DNA of 64,000 nucleotides. Origin: Lytechinus pictus. Lineage: Eukaryota. Positions 13,314-26,417 of this stretch are shown piece after piece (position 1 is the first letter of the stretch; every line of letters starts with the position of its first letter). Under the pieces are notes generated by a model. It worked only from the letters and a program-made list of their open reading frames with translations. It was not told the DNA's origin and did not search any database. The stretch lies in assembly GCF_037042905.1 (NCBI RefSeq), contig NC_087250.1:17546001-17610000 (forward strand), in the 5' to 3' direction. A program made the position numbers and the translations under genes.

Positions 13314-13760
13314 TAGAGTACCGAAGTGATGACGTCACAAAAAACTTGTTTTGCATTACAGCGTTTTAGATACCATATTCTGGTAGAGCATATTGAAAAA
13401 CCCACACTTCCAAAATTTGGTGAGAATCGGTCCATGGGGGTCTGAGATATGACCTCATGAATACATAATTAGCCCCATTGAAGTCAATGTATTATTGGCC
13501 TGGTTCCTAACATTTAGAACCAGGCCAATAATACATGACTTCAATGGGGCTAATAACATTTAGAACCAGGCCAATATAAATACATTGACTTCAATGGGAC
13601 TAATTATGTATTCACGAGGTCAAATCGTCCTGGGGGCCCCATGGACCGATTTCCACCATATTTGGGTTGTGGTGGTTTTTTATCATGCTTTACCAAATTA
13701 TGGTATAAAAAATGCTGAAATGCAAAAGGTGAAAATTAATAATCACACTTCGGTACTCTA
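13314..13760. mobile_element. TAG-ended MITE with an internal duplication
   Basis: TIR TAGAGTACCGAAGTG / CACTTCGGTACTCTA; internal inverted repeat cattgaagtca/tgacttcaatg. Confidence 0.72.
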
Positions 13761-13878
13761 TTATTCATCGGTCTCATCCCCCTTAAAAATGCCATGCTCC
13801 TTTTCTCTTTCACTTTTCTTCTCCTCTTTCTTTCTCTTCACCCTCCTTTCCCTTCTAATCCTTTTGTTGTACATTCTC

Positions 13879-14043
13879 CAGGGGTGTGAGTGGTCACAAA
13901 TAAAAAGATCTGAAAAAAGCTGAAACTTGTAGAAAGTCTGAAATAGAAAGAGCTCCCATACTTTTTGTACAGAGGAAAGCCAAAAATAAGCTGAAATTAA
14001 GCTGAAAATCAAAACAAAAAAAATCTGAACTCTCACACCCCTG
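13879..14043 (-). mobile_element. CAGGGGTGTGAG MITE, inverted relative to 11305
   Basis: Reverse complement of 11305-11489; ATTCTC on both flanks. Confidence 0.82.
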
Positions 14044-16261
14044 ATTCTCTTTGAATTTGTATATTCCAAATCAATGTGTGAGGTTCTGATAAAATATAAT
14101 TTATACAAATTTTTTTTTTTTTTTCATGTGTTTCATTTCTCGTTAAATTTTCAGCGGCAATGTTCTGATCAAAACTAGGCAAAACCAGGATTTTATCGAT
14201 AGATCTTGATCACTAGTAGTTTGGGAAGAGATATGTTCATGAATATCGGCTGACGTCCTTATTCTTATTGGACAGAAATATGAAATCACTTTTTTTTAGC
14301 TGTTGCTACCTGTAATGGTCCAATGAGAAGTACAAATTTGTCGGTGCCATGAAGTCACAAATTTTATCTCAAAAGATATGGTGGACTTGAAAGGAAAATA
14401 TAATGATCATAGATCTCACACACTTGCAAAACTACATGTATTACAAACATTTGGTTTGGGATTGGGTCTATCTTGGTTTCACATCTTATAAAAAACAATT
14501 ACATGTTGATAATACATTTTGTTGACAAATGACCCACCAAAAAATATACAGAAGAAAATGACACTCATAATATTTTTTTCCAAGACATTTAATTCAACAT
14601 TTTTTGAAATATTTATGTTAATTCTATTTATGTACAATGCAAGATACACACAACTTCCATGAGATAGCTTTAATGAGTGGTAGCATTAATTTGAGAGGTC
14701 ATTTTCACAAGTGAAGTAAGGGGCAGGCCATTTCACATGCTCTCCTTATACAATGCATGATGAAGATACACAACTCCAATGAGATAGTTGATCAGCAAGG
14801 GATCGAGCTATTTTGCCTGCTCTCCTTATCTAACAATAACAATGCTTGCCAGAGCTGTGTTACCACGGTAACAGTCAGTAATTTTGATTTTTTGATTTTG
14901 ATTGGCTGAGAAGCACGACTGCAGGAGAAAAGACTACATGCCGGCTCGATGCTATTTTGTCCCCCAAAATGCCCAAAACAGCTCCGGAAACTAAAAAAAA
15001 AGGAGCCCTGGTAAATCCCATTCATTGCAATGATAAAGCTTAATCCAATGTTCCAGAATTAGGAAGTAAGTTGGGAAAAGTAGCCCCGGAAAATTAAAAT
15101 AATGATAATTTTTTGCCTGCCATTTACTGTTATCCCGTAGGAAAAAAATAATCACGGTGGGACATCTGACAAGTGCTTCAGACCTTCATGACATGATCCT
15201 CTGGTATGAGAATTGCTTCCACTTGGCCATTTATTTGACTGAATGAATAATGAATAATAATAATATAGGTATATTTACCCAGGGAAGCCACTTCAGTTCT
15301 GGAAACTGTTCTCCAAGCGGGCCCGGCTATTATTATTACCCCTGCTTTAAGCAATTGTACAAATTGAATTGTACAAAGACTCGGCAGACTGAACTGTAAC
15401 AGATGAGGATATGTATGTACAGTAACTCTTTCTTCATACTCGGAATTTACCTCAGGGACCCACTTTTTAAAGTACCGGTATGTGTTATTCACATACCTTC
15501 AAAAACTTTAAAGTCATTGGTTAATGGTGGCTTTGGAGAATTAGATAGGCCCCTTTCCTGCCTTAATTTGAAGTGCACCATTCTAATCCAAAATCTAGCT
15601 AAAAAATGGCTGGTAAATTGTTGAGGAGGCTAAATAAGGGGACCCATTTGAAAAAAATATGTGCCATTCACATCCTTTTCAAACTGAAAAACCATTAGTT
15701 TATGATGGAGGTATTGGAGAACAAGAGCACCTTTTTCCATTCATTTACCATGGAACATTTTCATCTGATCTCGAGCTGAGAAAAATATTTGACTCGTTAA
15801 AAGAAAATGGCAAATACTGAGGAGCACTCTTTCTTAGTCATTCAAACACGAAGTTTACATATTTTTCCTTTTTGACTTCAAATACCGGGTGGTAGGCATT
15901 GGTTAGCTCCATGGTATTTGAAAGGAGGTCACAAAATGATTCCCATCTTTTTTTTTTTTTAATCTCAAACTCTCATTCATCATGCACCACTCTAACCAGA
16001 GACCGATTTCATAAATCTTGTTATAATAACAAATTTGTAATAACCGTTTAAAGCTACTGAAATCCATCCATTTGATTGGCTGATAGTAAACTTGTTATAT
16101 AAATGGTACATTTGTTATTATAATAAGTCTCTATGAAACAGGACCCTGATATAACTTGACCCATTGACTACCAAATTATGTAATCCCATATGATTTGTAC
16201 TTGGACTACCCGACTCCGGTAGGCAATGGGTTAAAATAATTAGATTAGCAGTAAGAATTAA

Positions 16262-16377
16262 TTAATATTTTGGTGGTGGAATAAAGGGTCCCCACTCGTT
16301 GATTTTCCAGTATTTGTAGAAGGCCCCTAAGCTTCCGAAGGCTGCACATGCACCGGAACCGACTCCCATACTTTGCA
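16262..16377 (-). CDS. NDUFA11: NDUFA11 exon 4 (terminal)
   Basis: cacag acceptor; (M)QSMGVGSGACAAFGSLGAFYKYWKINEWGPFIPPPKY*. The four exons total 432 nt (143 aa), the expected size. Confidence 0.88.
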
Positions 16378-16499
16378 CTGTGTGAGGAAGAAAAGGAGAG
16401 ATGGATCAAAGTATTAATCAAATTATCCAGTCATATTAAAGAGATAACGAGATATTGGATTCATGATGAGATGAAAGGTCTGGGCAATTTAAGAAATCA

Positions 16500-16930
16500 A
16501 TCCTCATCTCCACTATTACCATAACCATCAACCTCATCATCACTGTGGTCGTCATCATTATCATCCTCATCATCACTGTGGTCGTCATCATTATCATCCT
16601 CATCACCACTGTGGTCGTCATCATTATCATCCTCATCATCACTGTGGTCGTCATCATTATCATCATCATCATCACTGTGGTTGTCANNNNNNNNNNNNNN
16701 NNNNNNNNNNNNNNNNNNNNNNNNNNNNNNNNNNNNNNNNNNNNNNNNNNNNNNNNNNNNNNNNNNNNNNNNNNNNNNNNNNNNNNNNNNNNNNNNNNNN
16801 NNNNNNNNNNNNNNNNNNNNNNNNNNNNNNNNNNNATCATCATCATTGTGGTCGTCATCATCTTCATCTCCATCATTATCATCATCACCATCATCATCAC
16901 CGAGGTCGCCATCATCATCATCATCACTAT
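16500..16930. repeat. (ATC)n-derived ~30-bp minisatellite spanning an assembly gap (N 16687-16835), in NDUFA11 intron 3
   Basis: Repeats of cctcatcatcactgtggtcgtcatcattatcat. Confidence 0.9.
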
Positions 16931-16933
16931 CTT

Positions 16934-17493
16934 CCGGGGGGGGGCCACTTACATTGACGAGTGGATACCATGCGCGACCAAAAAAACAAGTAAAAAGGAC
17001 GTCTTTTTCAAGATAGGGCACATTACGTACGAAACGTAATAAGGGTGTCAAAAACACTAAAATAATGAAAAAAGGGTATCTATTTTCGCCGGGAAAGCTA
17101 CGTGTTTAGGGTCAAATTTGCGAGGGTGTACAAAATTAAGACTAATATGTTTTATAAAGGATGTACTTTTTGCCCCAACAGTCAACACTGGTACGTGTTT
17201 AGAGTACAATTTTGCGCGAGATGTGGCTGTACTAAACACAATCAGGTAAAGGTAAAAGCGACGACAGTGACATAACAATAAAAATATTGTTGTACTTGTT
17301 TAGGGGGTCAATTCAGGGAATACTTGCCAAGAGTATCGTTTTGTTTCCAATATTTGTTAAGGGTAGGGTTTCACACGCCAATACTTGTTAAGGGGTGCAT
17401 TTTCAGAATATGAAAAAATATGTGTTTAGGGTGTTTTCGAGACCCCCTGGTCGCGTATGGTATCCACTCGTCAATTGAAGTGGCCCCCCCGGG
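16934..17493. mobile_element. CC(C)GGGGGG-ended MITE
   Basis: ccggggggggggccacttacattgacgagtggatacca / tggtatccactcgtcaattgaagtggccccccc ggg TIRs. Confidence 0.8.
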
Positions 17494-17579
17494 CACCATC
17501 AACATCATCATCAACACATGTGTCCATGATAAGTTCAATATCATGCCTATGTTCGCCAAAAGAGATGAAGGCCACTTAC

Positions 17580-17699
17580 TCCTAGCTCCTAAGAAGAGGC
17601 CTGATGTACATCCACCAATGAAATAATTGAGGGGCGTGTCCTTTCCTCTGAATGACGCAGTGGCACCTGTCGTCGTGGCAAAGATGGCACCTACAGCAG
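17580..17699 (-). CDS. NDUFA11: NDUFA11 exon 3 (Tim17-family core)
   Basis: (A)[39 protein letters not shown], matching NDUFA11 AAVGAVFG...DPLNYFLGGCAGGLTLGAR; cacag acceptor and A|GTAAGT donor. Confidence 0.92.
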
Positions 17700-17805
17700 C
17701 TGTGATGAAACAAATACAAAATAAATCAAGGTAATATTTTCAAAAGAACAAAACTCGTACCTTAAAAACAAGTGACTGAAATGCTTGCACCTCACTGCCT
17801 ATTAA

Positions 17806-18402
17806 AGGGATGGTCCATGCTGGAGATAATTATATCTCAATGAATAGAGTAAAATTCACAAAGCAAAATGCTGAAAATTTGATCAAAATCAGAAAACAAA
17901 TAACGAAGTTATTGAATTTTAAAGATTTGCATTTTTCCGATGAAACAGTTCTAGGCATGTCTTTTTTAATATTAGGTGGGCTGATGATGTCATATCTCCA
18001 CTTGTTCTTTTGTATTTAATATGAAATCAGGTTTATTCAACATTTTTCTGCCAAGAACTAAAATAATTGGATATACAAGTGATTAAGTGCATTAGTTATT
18101 TATTGCCACAACTTATTTCATCATAATGGACACACATCATTTACACATGTATGAAATAATTAAACATTTATGATTTCATGTAATAACATAAGAAAAAGAA
18201 AAGTGGGGATGTGACATCATCAGCCCACCTAATGAATATTCATGACGATGTGCATGTAACTGTTTCCAAAAAATATTGATAAACATAAAAATTCAATAAC
18301 TTCGTTATTTTTTATCCCATTTTGATGAAATTTTCAGCATTTTGCTCTGTGAATTTTACTCTATTTATTTAGATATAAACATTTTCAGCCCGGACCATCC
18401 CT
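17806..18402. mobile_element. TTAA-flanked Kolobok-like MITE (inverted copy at ~58244-58854)
   Basis: ttaa-AGGGATGGTCC ... GGACCATCCCT-ttaa, with long imperfect inverted arms. Confidence 0.85.
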
Positions 18403-18711
18403 TTAAGAGCAAATAATTTTCACAAAAATCGAACAAGATAATGCACAAAGATGAAGAGGGTTACCCAAGCTTGCCAAGAGAGCTTTTGTGTGAAGGACTG
18501 GTGGACTAGATGGAAATGTTATATGAAGGGGTGGATACAATAATCATACACAGTGTAGGGTAAGTGTGGGTGGTGGCTGGATGTAGCTGTGACAGCTAGA
18601 GCAAGGTTTGGATGTGAAGTTTAGGGAGTATTCATTTGCAGATGAAACAGTTTGTTTGATGGAAAATGAGATGGGTATTTTGAGGAGGATGGAGAGAGCA
18701 ATGGCGAGAGC

Positions 18712-18889
18712 TAGTCTGCTGTGCAAGCCCTTCACACGAGTTAAGGGTCTGAACGTGCAGCCTACTAATGCCTTGTATACTGAAGGCCCTCTTGCTCAGA
18801 AGTGAAACAGCAAGTTTTGTATGTGGTAGTCTTTGCATGAAACCCACTTGTTGATCAAAGTTTCAATTAGGGTCTGTGCCTGCAGACTA
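18712..18889 (-). mobile_element. TAGTCTGC-ended MITE (copy 2)
   Basis: TAGTCTGC...GCAGACTA; flanks GGCGAGAGC / GGTGAGGGC. Confidence 0.8.
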
Positions 18890-19659
18890 GGTGAGGGCTA
18901 TGTGTGGTGTACGTGTAGATAGAAAGAAGACAGAGGACTTGATGTATATGTTGGCTCTGGAGGAAGCATTGGGCCCATGTGTACCTTAGATCTAAGGCTT
19001 GAGTGAACGCCTAACTTTAAGCCTTGTTTTTCCTTTTTTCTTTGTATTCTCTCACTGAATCTCTCCTACATTCAATTTTCAATTACTTGTGAATGTTATT
19101 GTTGATTAATATTGACAAGTTAGAAATCTGGGTCCACACTAACCCACTAACTGTCGGACCAGTAGATACCCGGTTTTTCCATTTTTTACTGGTCTGAACC
19201 TAAAATTTACTGGTCCCCAAAATAAAGAAAAACATAACAAAGACTCAGGATTATTTTGCTGTCTTTGTGTCTTTTAATGCTTTTATTGCTCCACCCCCCA
19301 AAAAAACCCATATGTACAAACAAACAGTACACCCACACTAAGATAATTCATAAGAGCCATTTCTCAATTTTGGAGAGCCATTTTTATAATTTACAAAAGA
19401 GAAGAAAATGTCATTTGTATCACTTTGATATTTTTTTTACTGGTCATGTCAGACCAGTAAAACTGGCTATTTCAGAAAAGTTTTACTGCTCAGGGACTGT
19501 CGGACCAGTGCCAGTGTTGCGCACTGTATATATCATTTGTAAGGCTTAGGATGTGCTTCTTCATTTTTCAGTGTCAATAAAAATCCAAAAATTCATTTTA
19601 GCAACATATCGCTGGTTTTGGAGGGGGCTAGCTATTAAACTGAAGCTTCAATATCTTAC

Positions 19660-19749
19660 CACATGTAGCTGTGAGTGAGGCAGTCCTGAGCGCTGATTCG
19701 GCCAAGCCCTTGGGGCTGATGGCCAATGATAGAGCACTGGCACCAGCAC
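19660..19749 (-). CDS. NDUFA11: NDUFA11 exon 2
   Basis: tacag acceptor; (G)AGASALSLAISPKGLAESALRTASLTATC; G|GTAAG donor; 90 nt, phase 1/1. Confidence 0.85.
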
Positions 19750-20319
19750 CTGTATAAAGATGGAAAATGACAACTTTTATCATTATGGAAAAAATCAAGG
19801 TAAATTTTGATACATTATACCAGGTGGGTGTTTCATTAAGTCAGTAATTCACAATATGCAATAAATGAATCTTTCGTGTGCTATTGGGTCTGATTCTCAA
19901 TAATTTGTATTCTCATCAGCTTATTAATGTTGAATTTTTATCTTTGAAATTCTAGAATGTATCACACTGCTACAGCAGTGTTGCATGCACATTGGATTGG
20001 GTTGAAAAGCACCACTGTTACATAATTGTACATTCAAAACTGATGAAGCAAGATCAATAACATTTGTTTATACATGTAGTTCCTAGCTCTGAACATTTAT
20101 TCAAGAAATTTTAGAATTAATGCAGCCGTAACAGAGCGGCATCGGGTCTGGGGGGGTTGCACGGTATAAAAGATCGGCCCCACACTACATGCAGTAGGGT
20201 CAAATTTTGTAAGGCATGTAAAACTTAAAAGAAAAGATCAAAAAATGTATCCAATACTCGCATTCCTACTTCTTGCAATTGCCAAATTTTTAAAACAAGG
20301 GCATTGATAAGGGTTTAGG

Positions 20320-21001
20320 TAGGGTGTCTGAAGCCACACTGAAAAGTGTCAGCATAAGAGAGGCTGATTTAGGGGAAAATATGGCACATTTTTTGGGGGA
20401 AGTTCAGGCTACTAGAAAAATGTGATCTGAATTGATTATTAACTTGTGTTGGGCATGTATGGAAAGAGAAAATTCAGGGGCTTCTTTTGACAGTAAGGAC
20501 AAGTTTATATGATCATTTTAACTAAGGATTTAGAGATAAATTGCAAACCCTTATTTTTGTGTGTGTTGAGATTGCCATTTCCCCATGCGTTTTCTATGGG
20601 AAAATGACATTTCTGTTTTGCACAATTTTTTTCACTTTGTCGCAATTTTTCATTGTGATCTGGTTTACAAATCTAAATAAAAATCATACCATCAGAAAGA
20701 GCATAAAAAATCCTATTGGACTCTTTATGGACAAGTTTTTGGCATTGATAATAAATTTATAACAGCTCTCGGAAGCTAAAAATTTGGATTTGTGTGTGTC
20801 CATTTCTTAACTACACAGTCTATGACAGAGAAATGCTGAAAATTGACCTAATTTCATTCTTCTTTTTTGCAGCCAATAATCGGATTTTTTTCAAAAATGT
20901 TACATTTCTGTCAGTCTGAAGGTCATTTCTCTTCAAATTCACAATGAAAATGTGATATTTTCTTGAAATAAGAAAAATAATATTTTTCTCCAGACACCCT
21001 A
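20320..21001. mobile_element. TAGGG-ended non-autonomous DNA transposon in NDUFA11 intron 1
   Basis: TAGGGTGTCTG / CAGACACCCTA; 7-bp flanking repeat GTTTAGG. Confidence 0.75.
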
Positions 21002-21635
21002 GTTTAGGATTAGATCAAAATCATCAAATGTTATTATGAATCATGAATGCCAGAGTGACTTTACAATCCAATGTCATAATCGATCATGAGAGCTCGATCT
21101 CGAGAGCATAACTGTAAGTGTAACGTTAGTCGTTACAGTATTAGAACAAGGAGTCACATTAACGCACACGTGCACACAATACATTAGGATCATGGTAATG
21201 TCAATGAATACATTATTATATCACATGATTTTGGATTCTAAAGATAAGCCTGAAATCTAAATGCCTATCAAAAAAGTGCAAGTTAGACAGTATACAAATA
21301 AATTTTTGCACTCAAAAGTCTCACTCTCGGACTCAAAATTCAATTCAAGAAAATTTCAACTTAAGTTCAATGTCTTCAAAGTTCAACTTCAAGATTTGTG
21401 GATTTTGCTTTTTTAGATTGGATTTTTGTTAATGTTCATTTAGAATATACCAAGCCGTTAATAAAACAGATGAGATACAGGGCTTATGACACATTCAAGT
21501 TAAGCTTTAAGATCTATTGTTCTAGATCTATATCTTTAGTGCAATTTCAATATTTTGTTTCAAGTCAAACAATACACCAACTGCGGTATGTGGGACAACA
21601 CATTTAACGTGAAAATTTAGGAAGGGATAACTCAC

Positions 21636-21741
21636 CTGCAATGGACGAGAAAAACGTGATCTCAAGGGTCCGGATGGCCGTATCGTTACCATTCAGTGAA
21701 TCAAATTTCGGACGAATCATTTCTTTTATTTTCGGATCCAT
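21636..21741 (-). CDS. NDUFA11: NADH dehydrogenase 1 alpha subcomplex subunit 11, exon 1
   Basis: Minus strand aaaATG; MDPKIKEMIRPKFDSLNGNDTAIRTLEITFFSSIA(G); G|GTGAG donor. A second in-frame Met 7 codons later is an alternative start. Confidence 0.8.
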
Positions 21742-24396
21742 TTTGGAGATATTAATTGCACACAATTTCAGAAAATCTGGGCCAACCTCCGGCTACAGTA
21801 ATTCTCTCGCTCTGCTGACAATGCAATCGATCGACGAGCGTTTGTGCAGGTGGGGGGGGGGGGGGGGGGGTCGGGGAGGCAGCCCGCAATTGGGGGAGGG
21901 GTCCATTGCCTAGACCGGGGACAAGCTATCATAGTAGTCTACTCTAAAATGAAATATCAATCGTGCAGATATAAACTTGCATATTATGATCAATTTCATA
22001 TGGCCACCTCCCTCGATCGTTGATCATCCAAGATTTTTTTTTTCTTTTTTTAATTGGGAGGGTCAAAACTGGTTCACGCCAATATAAGGTTTGTGTATAT
22101 ATTCAATTGGACATTTGTAGGGCGGATCTGCATGGATCAAATTGGGAGGGGTCAGCATTGGTTTACATGTTCGCCGGCCATGCAAAAGATCGAGAGAGAG
22201 GTCACCACCAATATACCATTAAAAAAAAAACCTGATTCACCCCCCCCCCTCCGATTCACTCTTGGTAGACACAGCCCATAGGTATCAAGGACTTCATTAT
22301 TTATAGGCTTCTAACAAATCCGAATTTGTAGTCTTGATGTAGAAATAACTATTGACACAGATTTAGCTTAATTCTTTTCTCTCACGTCACTTTTTTAATT
22401 CCGCATCCCCAGCTACCCCGGGCCTACCCTACCCCCCCTTCTATCTCTGTTCCTCTCTCTCTCTCTTCTCACAATTAGGCAAGCTCACCTCTTTATATAG
22501 GGCACATTTTGAAAATACAGCATGAATGGTAAATAGAGCTGAGCACATAAAGTAGAGAGGGTCAACATATGGCGGAGGGTTCACGTACGAGTCGAGTGTT
22601 AGGCAAGGTTTGTCTACATCAAAATATTTTGTGCTTTAATAGCCTGGTGCCTGTTTCATAAAACTTTATATAATAAGAATTTGCAAAAAACAGTTAAAAA
22701 GCTTCTGAAATCCTTCATTCTGATTGGCTGATTATAAATTTGTTACAGACATTGTGCATTTGTTATTATAACAAGTCTTTATGAAACGGGAACCAGATCT
22801 TTGATGCAAACTGAAACAATATAAACTGTAACTATTTCAACAAAGTTCATGTGCGTAGAAATCATCCACATGTACAGTATGCACATTCAAGGCATGATTT
22901 GAAACCAAAAACAAGGTTTATAAGATTAGACTATTAACAAGGGCTGCAGAAACGGGGGGGGGGGGGGCTGTGGGGGCTTCAGCCCCACCCCACTTTTTTC
23001 CAAAACCGTGTACAAAAACGTAAAAATTACCATCTGATTATGATTTTTGCATGTTCAGCCCCACTTCCAAAACCGTTCCGCTGCTCCTGATTAAAGCAGA
23101 AAATAATTTTGATGTAGACAAAAAAATTGTTGGGTTTGTGGACCCTCGAAATCAATAACTTGCTGAGGCCAAGGACATCACACAACAGAAAATTATTTTG
23201 TTCTACACATTCATTTAATAATTGCAATAAATATGAAAATACACGTTATGTCTACAAATAGACTTATATGGCAATAGCATGATCATATGGATACAGATAT
23301 TACTCAAGGTTTTATTTTTTGATTTTGATAAAACACCTGAAAAAATTATTAGATTCTCACTTTTCCAAAAAAAAAAAAAATGTGTTGGTCTCCTTTTAGG
23401 ATACATGTTTGCAGTTTTATACTCAATGCTCTCTTAATGATTACATGTGGAATGTGAGCAAATGATGGAAAAGAGACAAAATAAACTTAAGAAATTAATA
23501 CCATTTCCAGTGCAGTATGAGGAGTCAAAAATATAGAGAGGAGGAAGGGGAAAGAGAGAAATAGAAGCAGAGAGAGAGTAAGAAAAGGAGATAAAGACAG
23601 GGAGTGAGAAAGAGACATAAATTGAGAAAGGATAGACAAAGACAGAGAGTGAGAACGAGAGAAAGCGAGAGAAAGACAGAGAGAGATAGAATGATACAGC
23701 TATACATGATATTGAAATTAATTGTACTGGATGTGCACATTCATGAAGTGAAAAAAATACAAAATAAATACCTCAAATTTTAACAATAATTTAGCACAAT
23801 TACATTTTTTTTTTCCCTTTTGAACTCCATTCATGGCAAGAAATTATTTGATAACAAGCGTATAAATGCCCAATAAAGGAATGTATTGTATTATTTCAGT
23901 TGATTCTGTATCAGTAAAACAAAGTATCACAAGATAAATAAAACTGAATTAATCTGAAATTAAACTGTGATTACCAATATGCAAACATGTGTGACAGATG
24001 TCAGACTAGGTTGAAAGTTCTATTACACAAAGATACAATTTCACTTTTTATGATTTTATATGTACTCAGCTTGGGGCTAGCTCAGACTTGCGCGTGCTTC
24101 TACATTGTATGTGACTTTTCTCCAAAGTATATGTATATCATGTACAAAGTGTAACGTATATCACAAATAGCAGTTAATGTACAAGCTGTATTGTATGCTA
24201 CTTTGATAGTATTCTGCAGGCACAGACCCTAGGTTCTCCCATTTGCATAATGCATAAGTAGTGCATAATGCAGAGTCTGGAGTAGTGAGACTAGGTTCAC
24301 TATGTACTGTGGCATTACTTACTTGACACAGACAGAGCCTTTGGCGTCTAGTCTTCAATCTAGAATCTGTGGACCGTATTCTGAAGTCGGGTTTAA

Positions 24397-24978
24397 AGGA
24401 GAATGAAACCCTTGAAACCAGCTGAATCCATATCAAAGAGAAAAATCAAAGAAACATATTGTTGAAAGTTTGAGGAAGATTGAATGAATAATAAGAAAGT
24501 TATGAGCATTTGAATATTGAGATCACTAATGCCATATAGATCCTCCCATTGGCAATGCGACCAAGATCTGTGATGTCACACACGTACAACTCCCTCATTA
24601 CTTTAGTACTTTTTCACTTATATTCTCACTTTTATAGAGTCTATCACAAGGTGAGGTGTTCATTTTATGAGAGGACGAGTACAGAGGTTTCACAACATTA
24701 TATCATTGATGAATCGTTTGACATATGATTAGAATGAGCAAAAAGAGATGTTTTGGGGTATATTTTCAGTGTCCAAATGGGGAGAGTTGTTCATCTGTGA
24801 CAACATAGATCTTGGTCGCATTGCCAATGAGAGGGTCACCATAGCATTAGTGATCTCAACATTCAAATGCTCATAACTCTTCTATTGCTAGTCCTATTAT
24901 ACTCAAACTTTTTTTATCTTATTCTTTGATTTTTCTGCTTTCACAAAAGCTAACTTGCTCCAAGAGTTTCATTCTCCT
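24397..24978. mobile_element. TTAA-flanked Kolobok-like MITE inserted into a Harbinger-like MITE end (relative at ~52526-53114)
   Basis: ttaa-AGGAGAATGAAAC ... GTTTCATTCTCCT-ttaa. Confidence 0.85.
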
Positions 24979-25180
24979 TTAAGCCATACTTTACTAGCAG
25001 TCTACTTGTGAACAAGCAAATTAAAATGCCCTCATGATGGTTTTAAGTTGTGGTTTCAACTATGGAAAGCCAGTTATTACATAAATCTATAACAGTAGAG
25101 GTTCAATGTATCGGCATCCATCAAGAGAGTCAATCGAAAAATCTGTACCCAAGGTAACTTTAAACATGAATATAATTATT

Positions 25181-25597
25181 GGCCCGAATTCACAAAGGTG
25201 GTTTTGAAAACCCATGGTTGAATCCATGGTTTATGCAGATTTCCTGTATAAATTACGCTTAATTTAGCGCGTATCAGGCGACTGTATAAAAATGTCCAAT
25301 GCTGATGCACGCTTTTGTCACAGTACGCCAAATTGACGCCTGTTACCATGGTTAGATACGCTATTTTATTCATGAGTCCACTGTTTGAAGAGTGGACTCA
25401 TGAATTCTAAACAGCCAACAGTGGACTCATGAATAAAATAGCGTGGATAACCACGGCAACAGGCGTCAATTTGGCGCACTGTGACAAAAGCGTGCATCTG
25501 CATTGGACTTTTTTTAATATACGTGGTAAAATAAGGAAATCTGCATAAACAATGGACTCAACCATGGGTTTTTAAAACCACCTTTGTGAATTCGGGC
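25181..25597. mobile_element. Long palindromic Harbinger-like MITE
   Basis: ggcccgaattcacaaaggtggtttt / aaaaccacctttgtgaattcgggcc; arms pair over ~190 bp. Confidence 0.85.
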
Positions 25598-26181
25598 CCT
25601 TGTGTTTGTAGTGCATAATTTGACTAGTAATTTTTAAGAAAAGTCACACTCTTTTACGCATACTGCTTTAAAGTGGTATTTCACTCTTAAGCCTGACAAA
25701 AGTAACAAATTTTCAGTCTGGGACAAATGAACTACACTAGCACAAGTGCTTCATATCATAAACTGGCAAGTATAGCGGTACAAACGGCATTATACTTAAG
25801 TGTGAACATGACTAAGATGAAACCCTGTTTCTTCAGTTAGAATGATAGTAAAATACATACACCCTGTTCATACTATTCATTTGATTTGAGTGAAACTTTG
25901 ATCACAAGTGGGTATTCACACAAGACTAGCATATATAAAACTTGTTTAAATTTCAGGTACAGACCCTAATTAACAGTCTGGGGCAAATGAACTACACTAG
26001 CACAAGTGCTTCATATCATTAACTGGCAAGTATAGCAAAATAAACAGCATTAAAATAAATGTATAAATGTATGAACATGACTTAGGTGAAACCCTGTGTC
26101 TACAGTTAAAATGATCGTAACATATACAAAAACCCTGTTCATACTGTTCATCTGACTGAATCAAACTATGCTAGCCTGACG

Positions 26182-26417
26182 TAGTCTGCAGGCACAGACC
26201 CTAATTGAAACATTGATCAACAACTGGGTGTTCACACAAGACAAGCACACAAAACTTGCTGTTTCAATTTCCTGAGCAAGAGGGCCTTCACTACACACGT
26301 GATTGGCGGAGAACAGCGAGTCTGCATATGCCGACTAACCCAAGACATGACAAGACAAGATTGTAGGCTGCGTATTCAGACCACTGAACTCGAGTGAAGG
26401 GTTTACACGGCAGACTA
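26182..26417 (+). mobile_element. TAGTCTGC-ended MITE (copy 3)
   Basis: Same family; flanks AGCCTGACG / GGCCTGACC. Confidence 0.78.

Noticed and set aside
16436-17057. Asp-rich and Met-rich ORFs (possible biomineralisation-like acidic protein)
   Set aside because: They run through a MITE, an (ATC)n repeat and an N gap inside NDUFA11 intron 3.
25715-26160. Local tandem duplications (also ~29040-29310, ~29490-29770, ~33310-33480)
   Set aside because: Ordinary diverged non-coding duplications with no coding or structural signal.
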